Source: the human T2T-CHM13v2.0 reference genome, Homo sapiens. From it: a stretch of 64,000 bases of DNA. The notes beneath the pieces are model-generated. The model worked only from the letters and a program-made list of their open reading frames with translations, was not told the origin of the DNA and made no database searches. Positions 1 through 13,666 of the stretch are shown piece after piece; position 1 is the stretch's first letter, and each line of letters starts with the position of its first letter. The stretch lies in assembly GCF_009914755.1 (NCBI RefSeq), contig NC_060934.1; one strand, written 5' to 3'. A program made the translations under genes and the position numbers.

Positions 1-1899
1 GGCACCACATGGATGGATACCACCAAGGTTTATTTCCTATACTTTTCAGAGCTGCAGCCAGAGACACACCCTGGTTTGCTTGAACAGTGACTGGGGAGGC
101 TAAGGGAAGCTGTGCCAGAATGCAGGGAGCAGATACTTGAGGCAGCACAGGGCAGTGAATGCTGAGGTCCCATAGATGCCTTTCTGGAAACTGTGATCTC
201 AGGATCCTAGATGGGAGGGGCAGCCCAGGAGACCTCTGAAATGCCTTCAAGATCTCTTTCTATCTTGATGAATAGCACGTGACTTCCTTTTATCCATGCT
301 AATCCCCTTATGCAAGGGTTCCTTGGCCACACCCTTGCATGCTTTGCTTTTTTGTTCTTTACATATACAAACTGTGACTTTTCCAAATCATTACTTTCTG
401 CTTCCCTTTTCATAATATGTTTTGTTTTTAAATCATTCTACCTTCTCGCATCTTTACTATATGCAGTTAAAAGTAGCCACGCAGCTCTTTCAATATTTTG
501 CTTAGAAATTTCTTCCACCAGATATCCTAGTGAAGTGGCTACATTGTCTGGGGTATATACCCTGGGGTTCATCATCATGCACCAGGAAAATTTAGGGCAT
601 GGACACACACAAGGGGTTTAGGAGTAGAGGTTTAGTAGGTAGAAGATAAGAGAAAGAGAAACAGCCTCCTTTATAAAGGGAGGGGTCTCTGATCGGAAAG
701 GACTGGCTGGTGGCAAATGTGCCGAGTTTTATAGTCCAGTTTGAGGAGGCAGTGTCTGATTTCTATAGGGGTCACAGATTGGTTAGATCAGGTATGAAGT
801 TTACATAGTGCATGGGGAAGGCTGGTTGCCCCACCATAATCTTCTTATGAAAATGGATTTCCCAGTTGATCAGCATCATCTTGTCTGCTCCTTACAATAC
901 ACATGGCTGGCAGAGAAGAGAGGATGGAGCCACCATTTTGAAAATGTCTAGTCCTTAGTTCCTGTCAGCATTCACCCATGCAAGCTCTCAGCTTGCAGGC
1001 TGCTCCTTGTTAGAAAATGATTTGGGGCTGCTTTTCATTGAAAAGGAAAGCCTTACCAAGCACTCCCATGCCCTTGTTCTCTGACTAAGTAATTCCTTTC
1101 TAACTCCCATTATACTAGCTTATTGCTCTTAAATTCTGCCTTCCATGAAGCACTCAGATATGGGCACAATTCAGCCAAGTTATTTGCTGCTTCATGTCAA
1201 GGATGGCTATTACTCCAGTTTGCAGTATCTCTTTCCTCCTTTCTGTCTGAGATCTCCTCAGAGTTCCCTTTACTCTCCACATTTCTGCCAATATTCTGAT
1301 CATAAGCACTAATGTAATCTCTACAAAGTTTTAGGCTTTCCCTGCAGTTCTCTTCTGAGCCCTCATCAGAATCATCCTTAATGTTCTTTTCATACCAATA
1401 CAAGTTTTTTCTAGCCTTTTTTTTCCCAAACTCTCCCAGCCTCTACTTATTGCTGAGTTTCAAAGTGGCTTCCCTATTTTCAGATATTTGATAAAGCAGT
1501 GTTCTATGCTTCAATACCAGTTTTTTGTGTTATTCAGTTTTGTGCTGCTATAACAGAATACTTGAGACCTAGTGATTTATAATGAATAAAAATTTATTGG
1601 CTTATGATTCTGTTGGGAAGGCCAAGATTGAGGGGCCAGAATTTGGCAAGAGCTTTCTTGTTGCATCATTGCATGACAGAAGAGCAAAGAGAGGGTGAAG
1701 AGAGAAAGAGAGGAGGGCAAAAGGGGGTGAAATCATCCTTTTATAAGGAACTCATTCCTGCAATAACAGCATTAATCCATTCATGAGGGCTATGCTCTCA
1801 TGGCCTAATCATCTCTCATTAGGTTCCACATCCCCACACTGTTGTATCGGGGATTAAGTTTTCAACACTTTTTTGGAGGGACACATTCAAACCATAGCA
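1..1899 (-). mobile_element. MST-type MaLR element (internal region plus LTR at about 1526-1899), interrupted by an ERV1 LTR
   Basis: Internal sequence similar to the THE1 internal region at 30.0-31.6 kb (gcttagaaatttcttccaccagata); LTR ends ...cattcaaaccatagca. Confidence 0.8.
531..1114 (-). mobile_element. ERV1 solo LTR, MER51-like
   Basis: Begins tgaagtggc...ggggtatataccc; 4-bp TSD ctag at 527-530 and 1115-1118; homologous to the LTR at 40820. Confidence 0.75.
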
Positions 1900-1905
1900 G
1901 AGACT

Positions 1906-1981
1906 CTGCTTCATGTCAAGGATGGCTGTTATTCCAGTTTGCAATATCTCTTTCCTCCTTTCTGTCTGAGATCTCCTCAGA
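1906..1981 (+). repeat. 76-bp dispersed direct duplication of 1187-1262
   Basis: ctgcttcatgtcaaggatggc...gagatctcctcaga; 3 mismatches in 76 bp. Confidence 0.95.
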
Positions 1982-2409
1982 ATTGCCTCACAATTAAATA
2001 TTCTGTTTTAGGAGGCAATCAACTTGTTTTGGTTCAGCACACATGACCTAGCTCACTTTTCAAAAAACAGAGCTTTACTGAGTTACAATTTGCACCTCAC
2101 CATATTCACCTTTTAAAGATGTACAGTTCACTTATGTTTAGCATATTTAGAGAGTGGTACAACCATCACCATTACCTAATTTTAGGCTGAAGAGCCAAAT
2201 TGTATAAACAAATTGGTATCTGTGACTTGTTAAAAAATAATTTCTAGGGTATCTTATATAGTCAGTATAAAATCAAACTAATCTGTACTTTAGATGTATA
2301 AAAATGAATTTTTATAATGATGTTTTATCATAACATCATTATATCAGTATTTTACCATCCTGAGTTATCAAAGCATATTATAATTTCCAAAAATATAGAA
2401 ATAAACTGA

Positions 2410-2935
2410 GGTAGGCAAAACTTTAAGATGGCCCTTTTGACTTTTATCCCTGGTATTACTGTCATGATTATGTTATGTCATTTGTCAAGAGGGAGATTAT
2501 TTGGGTTTTCTTACTCTAATCACATGAGCCCTTTAAAAGCAGAGTATTTCCCCTGGGTGCTAGCAGAAGAGGAAGCTAAAGACTCAAAGCATAAACTGGA
2601 TTTGACATGCTAATGCTTGTTTGAAGATGGAGGGAGCCATGCCTGAAAGTACTAGAGAAAGTGGCCTCTTGGTGCTGAGAGCGAGCAACCCCTGGTCAGC
2701 AACTGGCAAGAAAGTTGGGACCTCATTCATATAACTGGAATGAACTGAATTCTACCAACAGTGAATAAGCCTGGAAGTGGATGCTTTTCTGGAGCCTCTG
2801 GATAACAGCCTAGCTCAACTAATACCCATCTGAGTCTATAGGGACTTCTGTCCTATAGAACTGTGAGATAATAAATGGATGTTCTTTTAAATTTCTATGT
2901 TTATGGTAATTTGTTACCAGCAGTAAAAACAAATT
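2410..2935 (+). mobile_element. MLT1-type MaLR solo LTR (old)
   Basis: aagatggccc start, gaactgaattct(a)ccaaca, gaactgtgagataataaat...tggtaatttgtta motifs; bounds approximate. Confidence 0.7.
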
Positions 2936-3588
2936 TAGGGGCATATTTAGCAATACATCGTTGAAAAAAGTTATTCTGGCTGAATTTCAATGATACTGAG
3001 TTAACCAGAAAATTAAATTAATTCTTTAAACATGATGGTCAATTGAGTTTTATTATCTTTAACAGTAATAATACAAGGTGATTGTCATTTATTAATTTAA
3101 GCTTTTTATAACACCTTGTGTACCTGTCTTTGATTTCTTTGGTCTGCCATGAATGGTTAGAATTAATGCTCAAAATGTTTGCCATAAGGTTACTAATTGC
3201 TGTCTGGATCCACGAAAGGAAGATGCTCTGGCATTTTAGATATCTGATTTATTTGACCCTATTTGATGCACAGTATACTTCCAGTCTACCATTTGAGCCA
3301 AAAAGTGAATAGGAGAACTATTTTACAGATAGCATAAAGTTATGAAATGATCAGTAGATGTGATGAAGTTTAGCCAAAAGGGGAAGAGATTGATCTTATC
3401 ATTAGATAGTAGATTAATTTGAAAATAATGATTACCATGTGCAAGAGAAGTATTCCCTGATTAAAAAATGTTTGAGTTGTATAGTTATCTCAGTAGCTGA
3501 AGGGAATGTTGAGGAAAAAATGTATTAATGAGCTAAAATCTTATTTGGAAATATCCTTGTTAGAATTATAGAGCTCAGAATCAGCTGA

Positions 3589-4009
3589 TGTTGTAGTCCA
3601 TTTGTATTGCTACGAAGGAATACTTGACGCTGGATAATGTGTAAGGAAAAGAGATTTGTTTGGCTCATGATTCTGCAGGATGTACAAGAAGCATGGCACC
3701 AGCATCTGCTTGTATTGCGGGGCTCAGGCTGCGTCTACTCATGGCAGAAGGCAAATGGGAGCTGGTATCTGCAGATTTCATATGGCAGGAGAGGAAGCAA
3801 GGGGTGGGAGCGGCCAGGCCCTTTTTCATAACCAACTCTCTCAGGAACTAATAGAGTGAGAACTCACTCTTTACTGTGAGGATGGCCCCAAGCCATTCAT
3901 GAGGGATCTGCCTCCATGACCCAAACTCTTCTCAGTAGGCCTCACCTCTGACATTAGGGATCAAATTTCAGTGTAAGGTTTGGAGGAGTCATATATTCAA
4001 ACCATAGCA
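3589..4009 (-). mobile_element. MST solo LTR
   Basis: tgt...agtccattt to aaccatagca; 5-bp TSD gctga/gttga (1 mismatch). Confidence 0.8.
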
Positions 4010-4630
4010 GTTGAGAATTAGGCCTCAAAGTCAGATAGATAATGGTTAAAATATCAACTATATCAATACTGAATTGGAGAACATCTTTTTCTTGTGTGGC
4101 CATAATGGGCTAATATTTCACCTCAAAATTAAATTACCCACTCATTTATGGGCCAAGTTAGGCAACTGCTGATCTGTATTGCAAGGTAGGACAACAGTAG
4201 TGGAAGATAGTAGTCAGAATGCATTTCCTGTGCCTAAAATAGTCTGACAGTGAATGATCTGATAAAGAAGTTAGGAAAACAGTTCCATTTACAATAGCAT
4301 CAAAAAACAAAACAAAAAAAACCCAAAAAAAAAACTTACGATAAGTTTAACCAAAGAGGTAAAAGATCTATATGTAGAAAACTAGAAAACATTAATGAAA
4401 GAAATTGAAGGTGACACAAGTAAATGGAAAGATACTTTGTGTATTCATGAAGTGAAAGAGTATTGTTAAAATGTCTATATTACCCAAAGTAATCCACAGA
4501 TTCTATGCAATCCTATCAAAATAGAATTAGAAAAAAATCCTATAATTTGTTTGAAACCACAAAAGACCACAAATAGCTAAAGCACTGTTGAGCAAAAAGA
4601 ACAAAGCTAGAGGCATTACACTAGCTGACT

Positions 4631-6275
4631 GGTCTTTGAAAAGTTAATGGAAAATGCATATTATGAAAAAACTGCGTGGATTTCAAATTTTTTTTGCACC
4701 AAAACAAACTCATACCAAATTGTTATAACAAGTCTGAATGGGATCAAGTTTGAGGCACTAAGGAGGATAAGACATTGGTTTGAAAAGGGCCCCTATCAGA
4801 GTAACATAAATTCTGCTAAAATTGAAGCAAGAGCAAACATCAAATTTATGGTGAAGCTTGGGTGGAAGAAGGTGAAATTATTGATGCTTTATGAAAAGTT
4901 TAGGAGGACAATGCCCCAAAGTAATCAGCAGTTTATAAATGGGTAACTCATTTTAAGAAGGGATGATATGATGTTGAAGATGAAGCCTGCAGCAGGAGAC
5001 TATTCACATCAATTTGTGAGGAAAAAATCATCTTGTTCATTCTCTAATTGAAGAGGACTGATGTTTGACAGCAGAAGCAATAGCCAACACCATAGACATC
5101 TCAATTAATTCAACTTACTCAATTCTGAATGCAAATTAAAGTTCAGTAAACTTTCCAATCTATGGGTGCCAAAACCACTCGGACCAGATTAACTAGAGAT
5201 AAGAGCAGAGGTTTTAGTGGAAATTATAAACAAGTGGGATCAAGATCTTGAAGTATTTCTTGGAAGAATTGTAACAGGTGAAGCATGACTTTACCACTAC
5301 AATTCTGAAGACAAAGCACAATCAAAGCAATGGCTACCAGGAGGTAGAAGGGGTTCAATCAAAGCAAAAGTGGACTGGTCAAGAGCGAAGGTCATGGCAG
5401 CAGTTTTTTGGGATGCTAAAGGCATTTTCCTTGTTGACTTTCTGGATGGCCAAAATATAACATCTGCTTATTATGAGAGTGTTTTGAGAGTTAGCCAAAA
5501 CTTTAGCAGAAAAACACCTGGGAAAGCTTCACCAGAGAGTCCTTCTTCACCATGACAATGCTTCTGTTCATTTCTTTCATCAAACAAGGGCAATTTTGTG
5601 AGAGTTTCTATGGAAAATCATTAGGCATCCACCTTATAGTACTGATTTGGCTCCTTTTGAGTTTTGTTTGTTTGTTTGTTTCCTAATTGATATGGTTTGG
5701 CTGTGTCCCCACCCAAATCTTATCTTGAATTACCACGTGTTGTGGGAGGGATCTGGTGGGAGATAATTGAATCATGGGGCCAAGTCTTTCCCATGCTGTT
5801 CTCATGATAGTGAATAAGTCTTATGAGATCTGATGGTTTTATAAAGAGGAGGTCCCCTGCACAAGCTCTCTCTGCCTGCTGCCATCCATGTAAGACATGA
5901 CTTGCTCCTCCTTGCCTTCCACCATGATTGTGCATGCTCCCCAGCCACGTGGAACTGTAAGTCCATTAAACCTCTTTCTTTTGTAAATTGCCCAGTCTCA
6001 GGTATGTCTTTATCAGCAGCATGAAAATGGATGCTAATACACTAATCTTAAAATGTTTTCTAAGGGCACCTATTTTTCTTCAGTTGATAATGTAAACAAG
6101 ACTGCATTGACATGGTTAAATTCCTAGGACCTTCAGCTCTTTAGGGATGTACTAAATGACTGGTATCATTGCTTACAAAAGCTTCTTGACTTTGATGGAA
6201 CTTATGTTGAAAAATAAAGTTTATATTTTTTATTTTTATCTGTTTTTTTTTCCATGAACTTTTAGTCATCTCATA
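4631..6275 (+). mobile_element. HSMAR2 mariner DNA transposon, degenerate transposase
   Basis: NSAKIEARANIKFMVKLGWK, WVPKPL, HHDNA and HPPYSTDLAP motifs; TIR remnants ggtctttgaaaagttaatggaa and ttccatgaactttt; start codon ATG>ATA; stops and frameshifts. Confidence 0.9.
5688..6041 (+). mobile_element. THE1 (THE1B-like) solo LTR inserted in HSMAR2, sense to ATRNL1
   Basis: tgatatggtttggctgtgtcccc...ctaataca; perfect 5-bp TSD ctaat at 5683-5687 and 6042-6046. Confidence 0.93.
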
Positions 6276-8278
6276 GTTATTAAAACAGCGTGATACCTGC
6301 ATAAAAACAGACAAATTGACCCATGGAACAGGATAGAGAGCCCAGAAATAAATTCACCTGTCTGCTGTCCACTGATTTTCAACAGAGGCTCGAGGAATAC
6401 ACATTGGAGAAAGGACAGTCTTGTCAATAAGTGATTCTAAAAAACTAGGTATCCAGATATAGAAGAATGAAATTAAACCCTTATCTGATCCCTTATAGAA
6501 GAATCAACTCAAAATGGATTAAAGATTTAAATGGAAGATCTGAAACTAAAACAACTAGAAGGAAACATAGGAGAAAAGCTATGACTTTGGTCTGAGCAAT
6601 GACTTCTTGCATGATTCCAAAAGCACAGACAGCAAAAGCAAAAATAGACAAATGGTATTGAATCAAGAAGCTTCTATACATCAAAGGAAATAACAGAGTG
6701 AAGAGACAACCTACACATTGAGAGAAAATATTTGCAAATCATACATCAGATAAGGGACTCATACCCAAGACATAAAATGAACTCAAATCATTCAATAACA
6801 AGAAAACAAATAACCCCTATTTAAACATGGGCAAATAATCTGAATAGACATTTTTCAAAAGAAAACATACAAAAGGTCAAAACATATATGAAAACATGCT
6901 CAACATTACTAATCATCAGGGAAATGCAGATCAAAACCACAATGGGATGTCATCTCATACCTCTTAAAATGGCTCTTATAAAAAAGATGAAAGATAACGT
7001 GTTGGTGAGTATATGGCAAAAAGGGAAGTTTTGTACACTATTGGGGGAAAGTAAATTAGTACAGCCATTTTGAAAAAAAATATGGAGGTTCATCAAAAAA
7101 CTGAAAATAGAATCACCATATGATCCAGCAGTCTGAGTATATATCCAAAGGAATTGGAATCAGTATGTTGGAGAGATGTTTGCATTCACATGTTCATTGC
7201 AGCATTGTTCATAATAGCCAATATTGGGAAACAACCTAAGTGCCCACCAACGGATCAATGGATTAAAAAAAGAGGTATATATACATAATGAAATAGTATT
7301 CAGCCTATAAAGGGACAAAATCCTGTCATTTGTGACAACATAGATGAAACTAGAGGCCATTAGGTTATGCAAAATAAGCTAGGCTTAGAAAGACAAATAT
7401 CACCTGATCTCACTTACATGTGGAATCTAAAAATTTGAATCAATTGAAGTAGAGAGTAGAATGGGGGTTACCAGAAGCTGTGGGTGGTGGTCAGTTGGGC
7501 AGGGAAAAGAAAAATATTGGTCAAAGGGTGCAAAGTTTCAATTAGGAAGAATAAGTGTTCTATTATTTCGTTGGCGTTCTATTGTACAATGAAGTGACTA
7601 ATGTTACTAATTGTGCATTGTGTATTTCATATACTACATTGCTAATAGAGTGGATTTTAAATATTTTTGCTGCAAAAAATATGTATGTGGGGTGATGGGT
7701 ATGTTAATTAGCCTGATCTGCTCAGTCTGCAATGTATACATGTATTGAAGCATCACATTTTACCCCATGAATATATACAATTATTATTTGTCAATAAAGA
7801 TGAAATGAAAATAAAAAGGAATTAATAAGCTGATAAATAGTATTTTAACTAGAAAATCTGTTTTTAAAAAAGATTTCTATGTGAAAAAGGCTTACAAAGG
7901 CCACCCTGCATAAAGACTATCCCTGAGTGGATCTGACTATTCCTTGTAGGCTGGTTATGCCAGGACTAAACCTATATTCTGTGATAAACAGGATTTATTG
8001 TTTCAGAGATTTCGTAAATTAAAACTATCACACTTTCTTATTTTTATAATGTGTTAAGTTATATATCCATAGTCAAATTATATATCCATAGTCAGGATAG
8101 ACAACAACATCCCACTAGATTTAATTTTAGTATTGTCTAATATTTGTGCTGGTTTTCCTGCATTTATTAGTGGCCAACCTTGTGTTATAAACAGCCCAGC
8201 ATGCTTTTAATTAAGGACTCTACTTTCAGCTAGAATGAGATATTGACAAGGCATATGGATATGTGGCAGGCATCTAGA

Positions 8279-8460
8279 CAAGTGATTGGCAAACTTTTTC
8301 TGGAAAGGGCCAGATAGTAGATATTTTAGGCTTTGTTGGCCAGATGGTCTCTGTTGCCAGTACTCAACTCTGTCCTCGTAGTGTGTTAGCAATCTTAGAT
8401 AATACTTAAACAAACTAGTGTAGTTGTGTTCCAATAAAAGTTCATTTACACAAACAGGCT
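8279..8460. mobile_element. MER58A-like hAT-Charlie MITE
   Basis: ttggcaaactttttctg..aaagggccagatagta..tattttaggcttt consensus start; a similar copy lies at about 50522-50670. Confidence 0.75.
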
Positions 8461-9321
8461 AGTAGTTTATGTAGTACTGATCTAGATGAATAAGTCAGTA
8501 TGGTTCTCAGTTCAAGAAGAGGAATGATAGAAAGTTTAAAAAAAAGTTGTTTGAAACTTGGAATATGTATTAGAAATAATATTAGAAATAGTAGTTATGT
8601 AAGAGCCTATTTTACTTTCTTTAGGGAGTTGAACTATGTGCTACCTAATTTCTGGAGAGCACTACACAATTGGAATGTAAGGGTATTAGGAGTAAGAAGT
8701 AAAAAAAAATAAATGGAAAACTAGGTGTTTATGGTTAGAGTATGGTCCTGGAGTGCAAGACTTCTGAATTTTAGAAGAACAGTTCTAGACTGTAAAGAGG
8801 TCCAAAGTATGTAATGGGAATGCTTTGCCCAAGTGGCATGCAGGTAAAGGTTCTTGGAGTTTAAGAAGAGATCATGAAACTGAAGAAGGAGAATTGTTCT
8901 TTCTTTATTATAGAAGTAGCAGGAGATTTCTCCCCTTTACGCATGTCTTTTGGTGGTGAGAAGGAATTTTCCATTTCTTTTACCTTGATTGGTGACATCC
9001 TCCCATGCTTCCAGTGGACTGGTATTGGCAAGGAGGAAACCTTTTTGTAGTAAGTGGAGGAAAAGGTGGGCTCTTGGTAAGATCTTTAGTGCTAAGGATA
9101 AGGAATTCAGGGATTGTGGTGAGTAGTTTCCTTTTAAGTTTGGGAAATTGTACTACTGAAGTTGAATAGGACGGGACAGGGTGTGTAGTTTTCAGGTACT
9201 CCTATTGTTTAGCTTAGGTAGGGAGGCATAACAGTTCCTTCACATCACTTATAAGAGGGAGATAAGGATTACTATGGTAGCTCCTACAATATATGTTTCT
9301 TTGGAGGAAGGGGGATATATA

Positions 9322-10582
9322 TTTTTAATTTTTGTGGGTACAGAGTAGGTGTATATGTTTATGGGGTATGTGGGATATTTTGATACAGTCATGCAATGCA
9401 TAATCACATCATGGAAGATAGGGTATTTATCTCAAGCATGTATCCTTTGTGTTACAAACAATCCAATTATACTCTCAGTTATTTTAAAATGGACAATTAA
9501 ATTATTATTGACTATAGTCACCCTGTTGTGCTTTCAAATACTAGTCTCATTCATTCATTCATTCTATTTTTTTGTACCCCTTAACCATCCCTACCTCCTC
9601 CTCACTTTACCACTACCCTTCCCAGCCTCTGGTAACCATCTTCCTACTCTCTATCTCCATGGGTTCAATTGTTTTGCTTTTTAGATCCCACAAATCAGTG
9701 AGAACATATAATGTTTATCTTTCTGTGCCTGGCTTATTTCACGAAACATAATGACATCCAGTTACATCCGTTTTGTTGCAAATGACTGAATCACATTATT
9801 TTTATGGCTGAATAGTAATTCATTGTGTTTATGTACCACATTTCTTTATCTGTTCATCTGTTGATGGACACGTAGGTTGCTTCCAAATCTTGGCTATTGT
9901 GAACAGAGCTACAACAAACATGGGAGTGCAGATATTTCAATATATTGATTTCCTTTCTTTTGGGTATATACCCAACAGTGGGATTGCTGAATCGTATGGT
10001 AGCTAAATTTTTACTTTTACGAGGAACCTCCAAAGTGTTCTCCATAGTGGTTGTACTAATTTACATTCCCACAAACAGTATAAGAGGGTTCCCTTTTCTC
10101 CATATCCTTGCCAGCATTTCTTACTACCTGTCTTTTGGATATAAGCCATTTTAACTGGGGTAAGATGATACCTCATTTTAGTTTTGCTTTTCATTTCTGT
10201 GATGATCAGTGATGTTGAGCACCTTTTCATGTACGTATTTGAAATTTGTATGTCTTCTTTTGAGAAATGTCTGTTCAAACCTTTAGCCCATTTTTAAAAT
10301 TGGATTGTTGGCTTTTTTTCCTGTTGAGTTGTTTGAGCACTGTATATATTCTGGTTATTAATCCTTTGTCAGATGGATAGTTCGTAAATATTTTCTCCCA
10401 TTCTGTGGGTTGTCTCTTCATGTTGCTGTTTCCTTTGCTGTGCAGAAGTTTTTTAACTTGATGTGATCCCATTTGTCCATTTTTGCTTTGGTTGTCTGTG
10501 CTTGTGGGTTATTCCTCAAGAAATCTTTGCCCAGTCCAATATCCTGGAGAGTTTCCCCAATGTTTTCTTGTAGTAGTTTCAT
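9322..10582 (-). mobile_element. 5'-truncated L1 (L1MA-like) 3' end
   Basis: Antisense ORF2 C-terminus ([11 protein letters not shown]...[10 protein letters not shown]) and 3' UTR. Confidence 0.88.
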
Positions 10583-12441
10583 ATGCTTAACTACCTGTTA
10601 TTATGCTAGACATTTTATTTGAAAATTATTGATAGAAATAATTTAAGGCCCAGGATAATGTTATCTTTCTTTAGAGAGTACCATGTATCTTCTGTTAGGA
10701 GACTTGGCATATTGGCAGTTCTGGCAGCACCATAAGCCGATTTTAAGACTTGGGAGTTTTCTGCTGCTCAGATGACTCATAGCTAACCTACAGTTGAGGT
10801 AAAGGCTGGTTAACTTCTGGTACACCACTATTTTAATAGCAAGTCATTATGTCCCAAGTCAAAGTGCCCTGTTGTTTCTTTGAACCCCTATGTTTTGTGG
10901 GTTATTGCTTCCAACTTTTGTCCTCCTCTCCCCTTGAGGCTACTAAATGCACTCTCAACCTTTTGGCAGTCTCTTCTAAATAAGCAAATCTCTCAGAACA
11001 AAAGCATCTCTGAATGCCTGCCTCCTCTTAAAGAATTTGCAACTTCTGGATCTTGGCTTTGTACATTTTATCATTTTGTTACTTGTAAGATTTTAAAATT
11101 GTCCTTTAACTTTTTAAGTTGTCTTCAGTGGAGAGTTTTTCTGAATTACTGCACTTAGTATTAATATTATTGGAAGTGAAAAATCAGGGCAAGTTATTTA
11201 ACTTGTTACTTAAAATGTGCTTCAGACTTCTCATCTGTAATATGGAGTTATTAATTATTTACTATCTTATAGGTTTTTTGAGATTTTTAAATGAGGCAAC
11301 ACATTGTGTTTATAGTGGTACCTGACATGTAGAAAATGCTTAAGTTATTATTACATTTATTTGAGAATATAGGAATTTGTTGCTCTTCAAAGATTTTCCA
11401 AGCATGAATTAGCCACTTTATTACAAAAGTAATTTGCAGGGATTATGAAAGATTTGCAAATGACATTAACATTGACTGACATTTCTGTCAACCCTGATTT
11501 AGGTAAATTAAAGTTTTTCCCCCCTAATGTATTTAAGGCTCTATACTATAAGGAAAATTTAATTTTATCTAAAAGTAGATAATGGCCCTGATATGTATAT
11601 GTGTGTGTGTGTATGTTTATGTGAATATGTAAAAACTGATTAGCTGTGATGTGTGTGTGTTTGCATATATAAGTATAGTATATAAATGTTAAATGGGAAG
11701 ACATTTTAATTCTTTAAAATATGGTCTCTTGATAAAATAATTGGGCTGGAAGTAAAAAAAACAAAATGAAGCAGAATTGAGATTTTTGTTTTAAAGATTT
11801 TTAATTTCTGAAAATAGAGTTTTTCCAAATATCTTTTTCTTTTTTATGCATAAAATAGAAGATACAATTTTTTTTATTTGTCCTGTTTTAAAAATTGAGT
11901 TCTTGGACTAGATGTAAAGTAGACAGGAGAAAATGATAATAAAAAATATATTTATAGCAGAACTCTTTCAAGTTTGGTGACACCTATTTTAGCAATACCA
12001 GTACATGAAGAAAAAATATAGCTTACATGCTAACTCCCCAAAGTGGAACATACGTATACTTTTTCTCTATTCCATAGATTTGTATTTGATCTTCCTTCTG
12101 CCTCAACCTAATTTTTGTGCAGATGAAGTTTAACTTACTCTATTTTGCATCAACATTGAATCCTTCAGTACTATGTTCAGTCTTTCAGTGTCTTTTTTCG
12201 CTTCGTAAATTGAAATGGTCATGATATATTAAGATTTAAAGAAATCCAAAATAAGTATCTTTTGAGATGCAGAGAAAAATACAGCACTTTGAAATTTTCC
12301 TAAGTTGTAAATAAATCCTCCTTTTTGAAAATTGTTATGTCCCGTTCCTTTGGCTTAATGACTTTTAAATTTTCTTATCCTGCTATATGTCTTAAAGTTA
12401 TTTTAAGGTAATTATTTTCATTATTTTATTTTCTCTTCCAG

Positions 12442-12525
12442 GTTAACAGAACCTTCTGGATATTTAACAGATGGCCCAATTAACTATAAATATAAAACTA
12501 AATGTACTTGGCTCATTGAAGGCTA
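12442..12525 (+). CDS. ATRNL1: ATRNL1 coding exon (exon 2 by recalled structure), 84 nt, start of CUB domain
   Basis: ttctcttccAG acceptor, GTaagt donor; encodes (R)LTEPSGYLTDGPINYKYKTKCTWLIEG(Y), the attractin-family CUB start; phase 2-2. Confidence 0.97.
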
Positions 12526-13321
12526 GTAAGTATACAGTCTGAGTCAAATTAATGTATTTTATTCTTAAATGATAAAGGTGATCATATTAATGTCAGAGCA
12601 TTAGAGTATAATTACTTTATCATTTAGTTTGTTTATTATTAGATAATATTTACAACTTCTAGACATCACATTTAATGTAAATTACACTACCTCTTCACTT
12701 GTGACAGTAGTTTAATTTTTATATATATTTTGTTTTTGAGTTATGTTATTGTGGTATTAAATTGAGTAGGCATTTTTTTGGTTTATTTTGAACATCTTGT
12801 TATGAAATTTGAAGACTTAGAAATTATAAAAGTATTTCTTGCTGAGCTATGCTATTCATATAATTTAGCATTTTAGTTCAAAGGGTATTTTTAAAAGAAC
12901 ATTTTGTAGAAGAGAGAGTTAATTATTCATTTAGAGGTATTTTCAGTAAGTAGGGCTTGAAACAATCTATCTATTTAAATGTATTGTGAATGGAGCATAA
13001 AAGAATTGATATGAATTATTTTTGAACTGTTTTGTAATTTCTAAAGAGTATATTTGGAAAATTTTGTATTTAAATTTTTCTAACTTAAAAGCTGTTCATT
13101 CTCTGCTGTGCACCTGTAGTTACATTTTGTTTATTTGTTAACATTATATCACATTGAGAATTTTGATTAAAATTTAAATAGTTTTTTAGTGCCTCCAACT
13201 TAAGGGTTCTGTAAAAATAAGAATAGTGGCTTCTTGAGTGTTGATTTTTAAAAATCAACTTTATTTAAGTACCATTTGTATACAACAAAATGCACCCATT
13301 TTTAAGTGTACAGTTCCATAA

Positions 13322-13666
<345 letters not shown>

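Larger units (their letters stand above)
4255..7815 (+). mobile_element. Old L1 (L1MA-like) ORF2 3' part and 3' UTR, split by HSMAR2
   Basis: Degenerate ORF2 ([11 protein letters not shown]); 3' UTR with aataaa and A-rich remnant near 7795-7818; L1 resumes after the mariner at about 6276. Confidence 0.85.

Noticed and set aside
4647-5555. Mariner transposase ORFs as a domesticated gene
   Set aside because: Start codon lost, multiple stops and frameshifts, first catalytic motif damaged, and interrupted by a THE1 LTR.
11596-11662. Short (TG)n tracts upstream of exon 2 and at 23473-23500 as TDP-43 or cryptic-exon signals
   Set aside because: Short, common microsatellites; no convincing adjacent cryptic exon could be defined.
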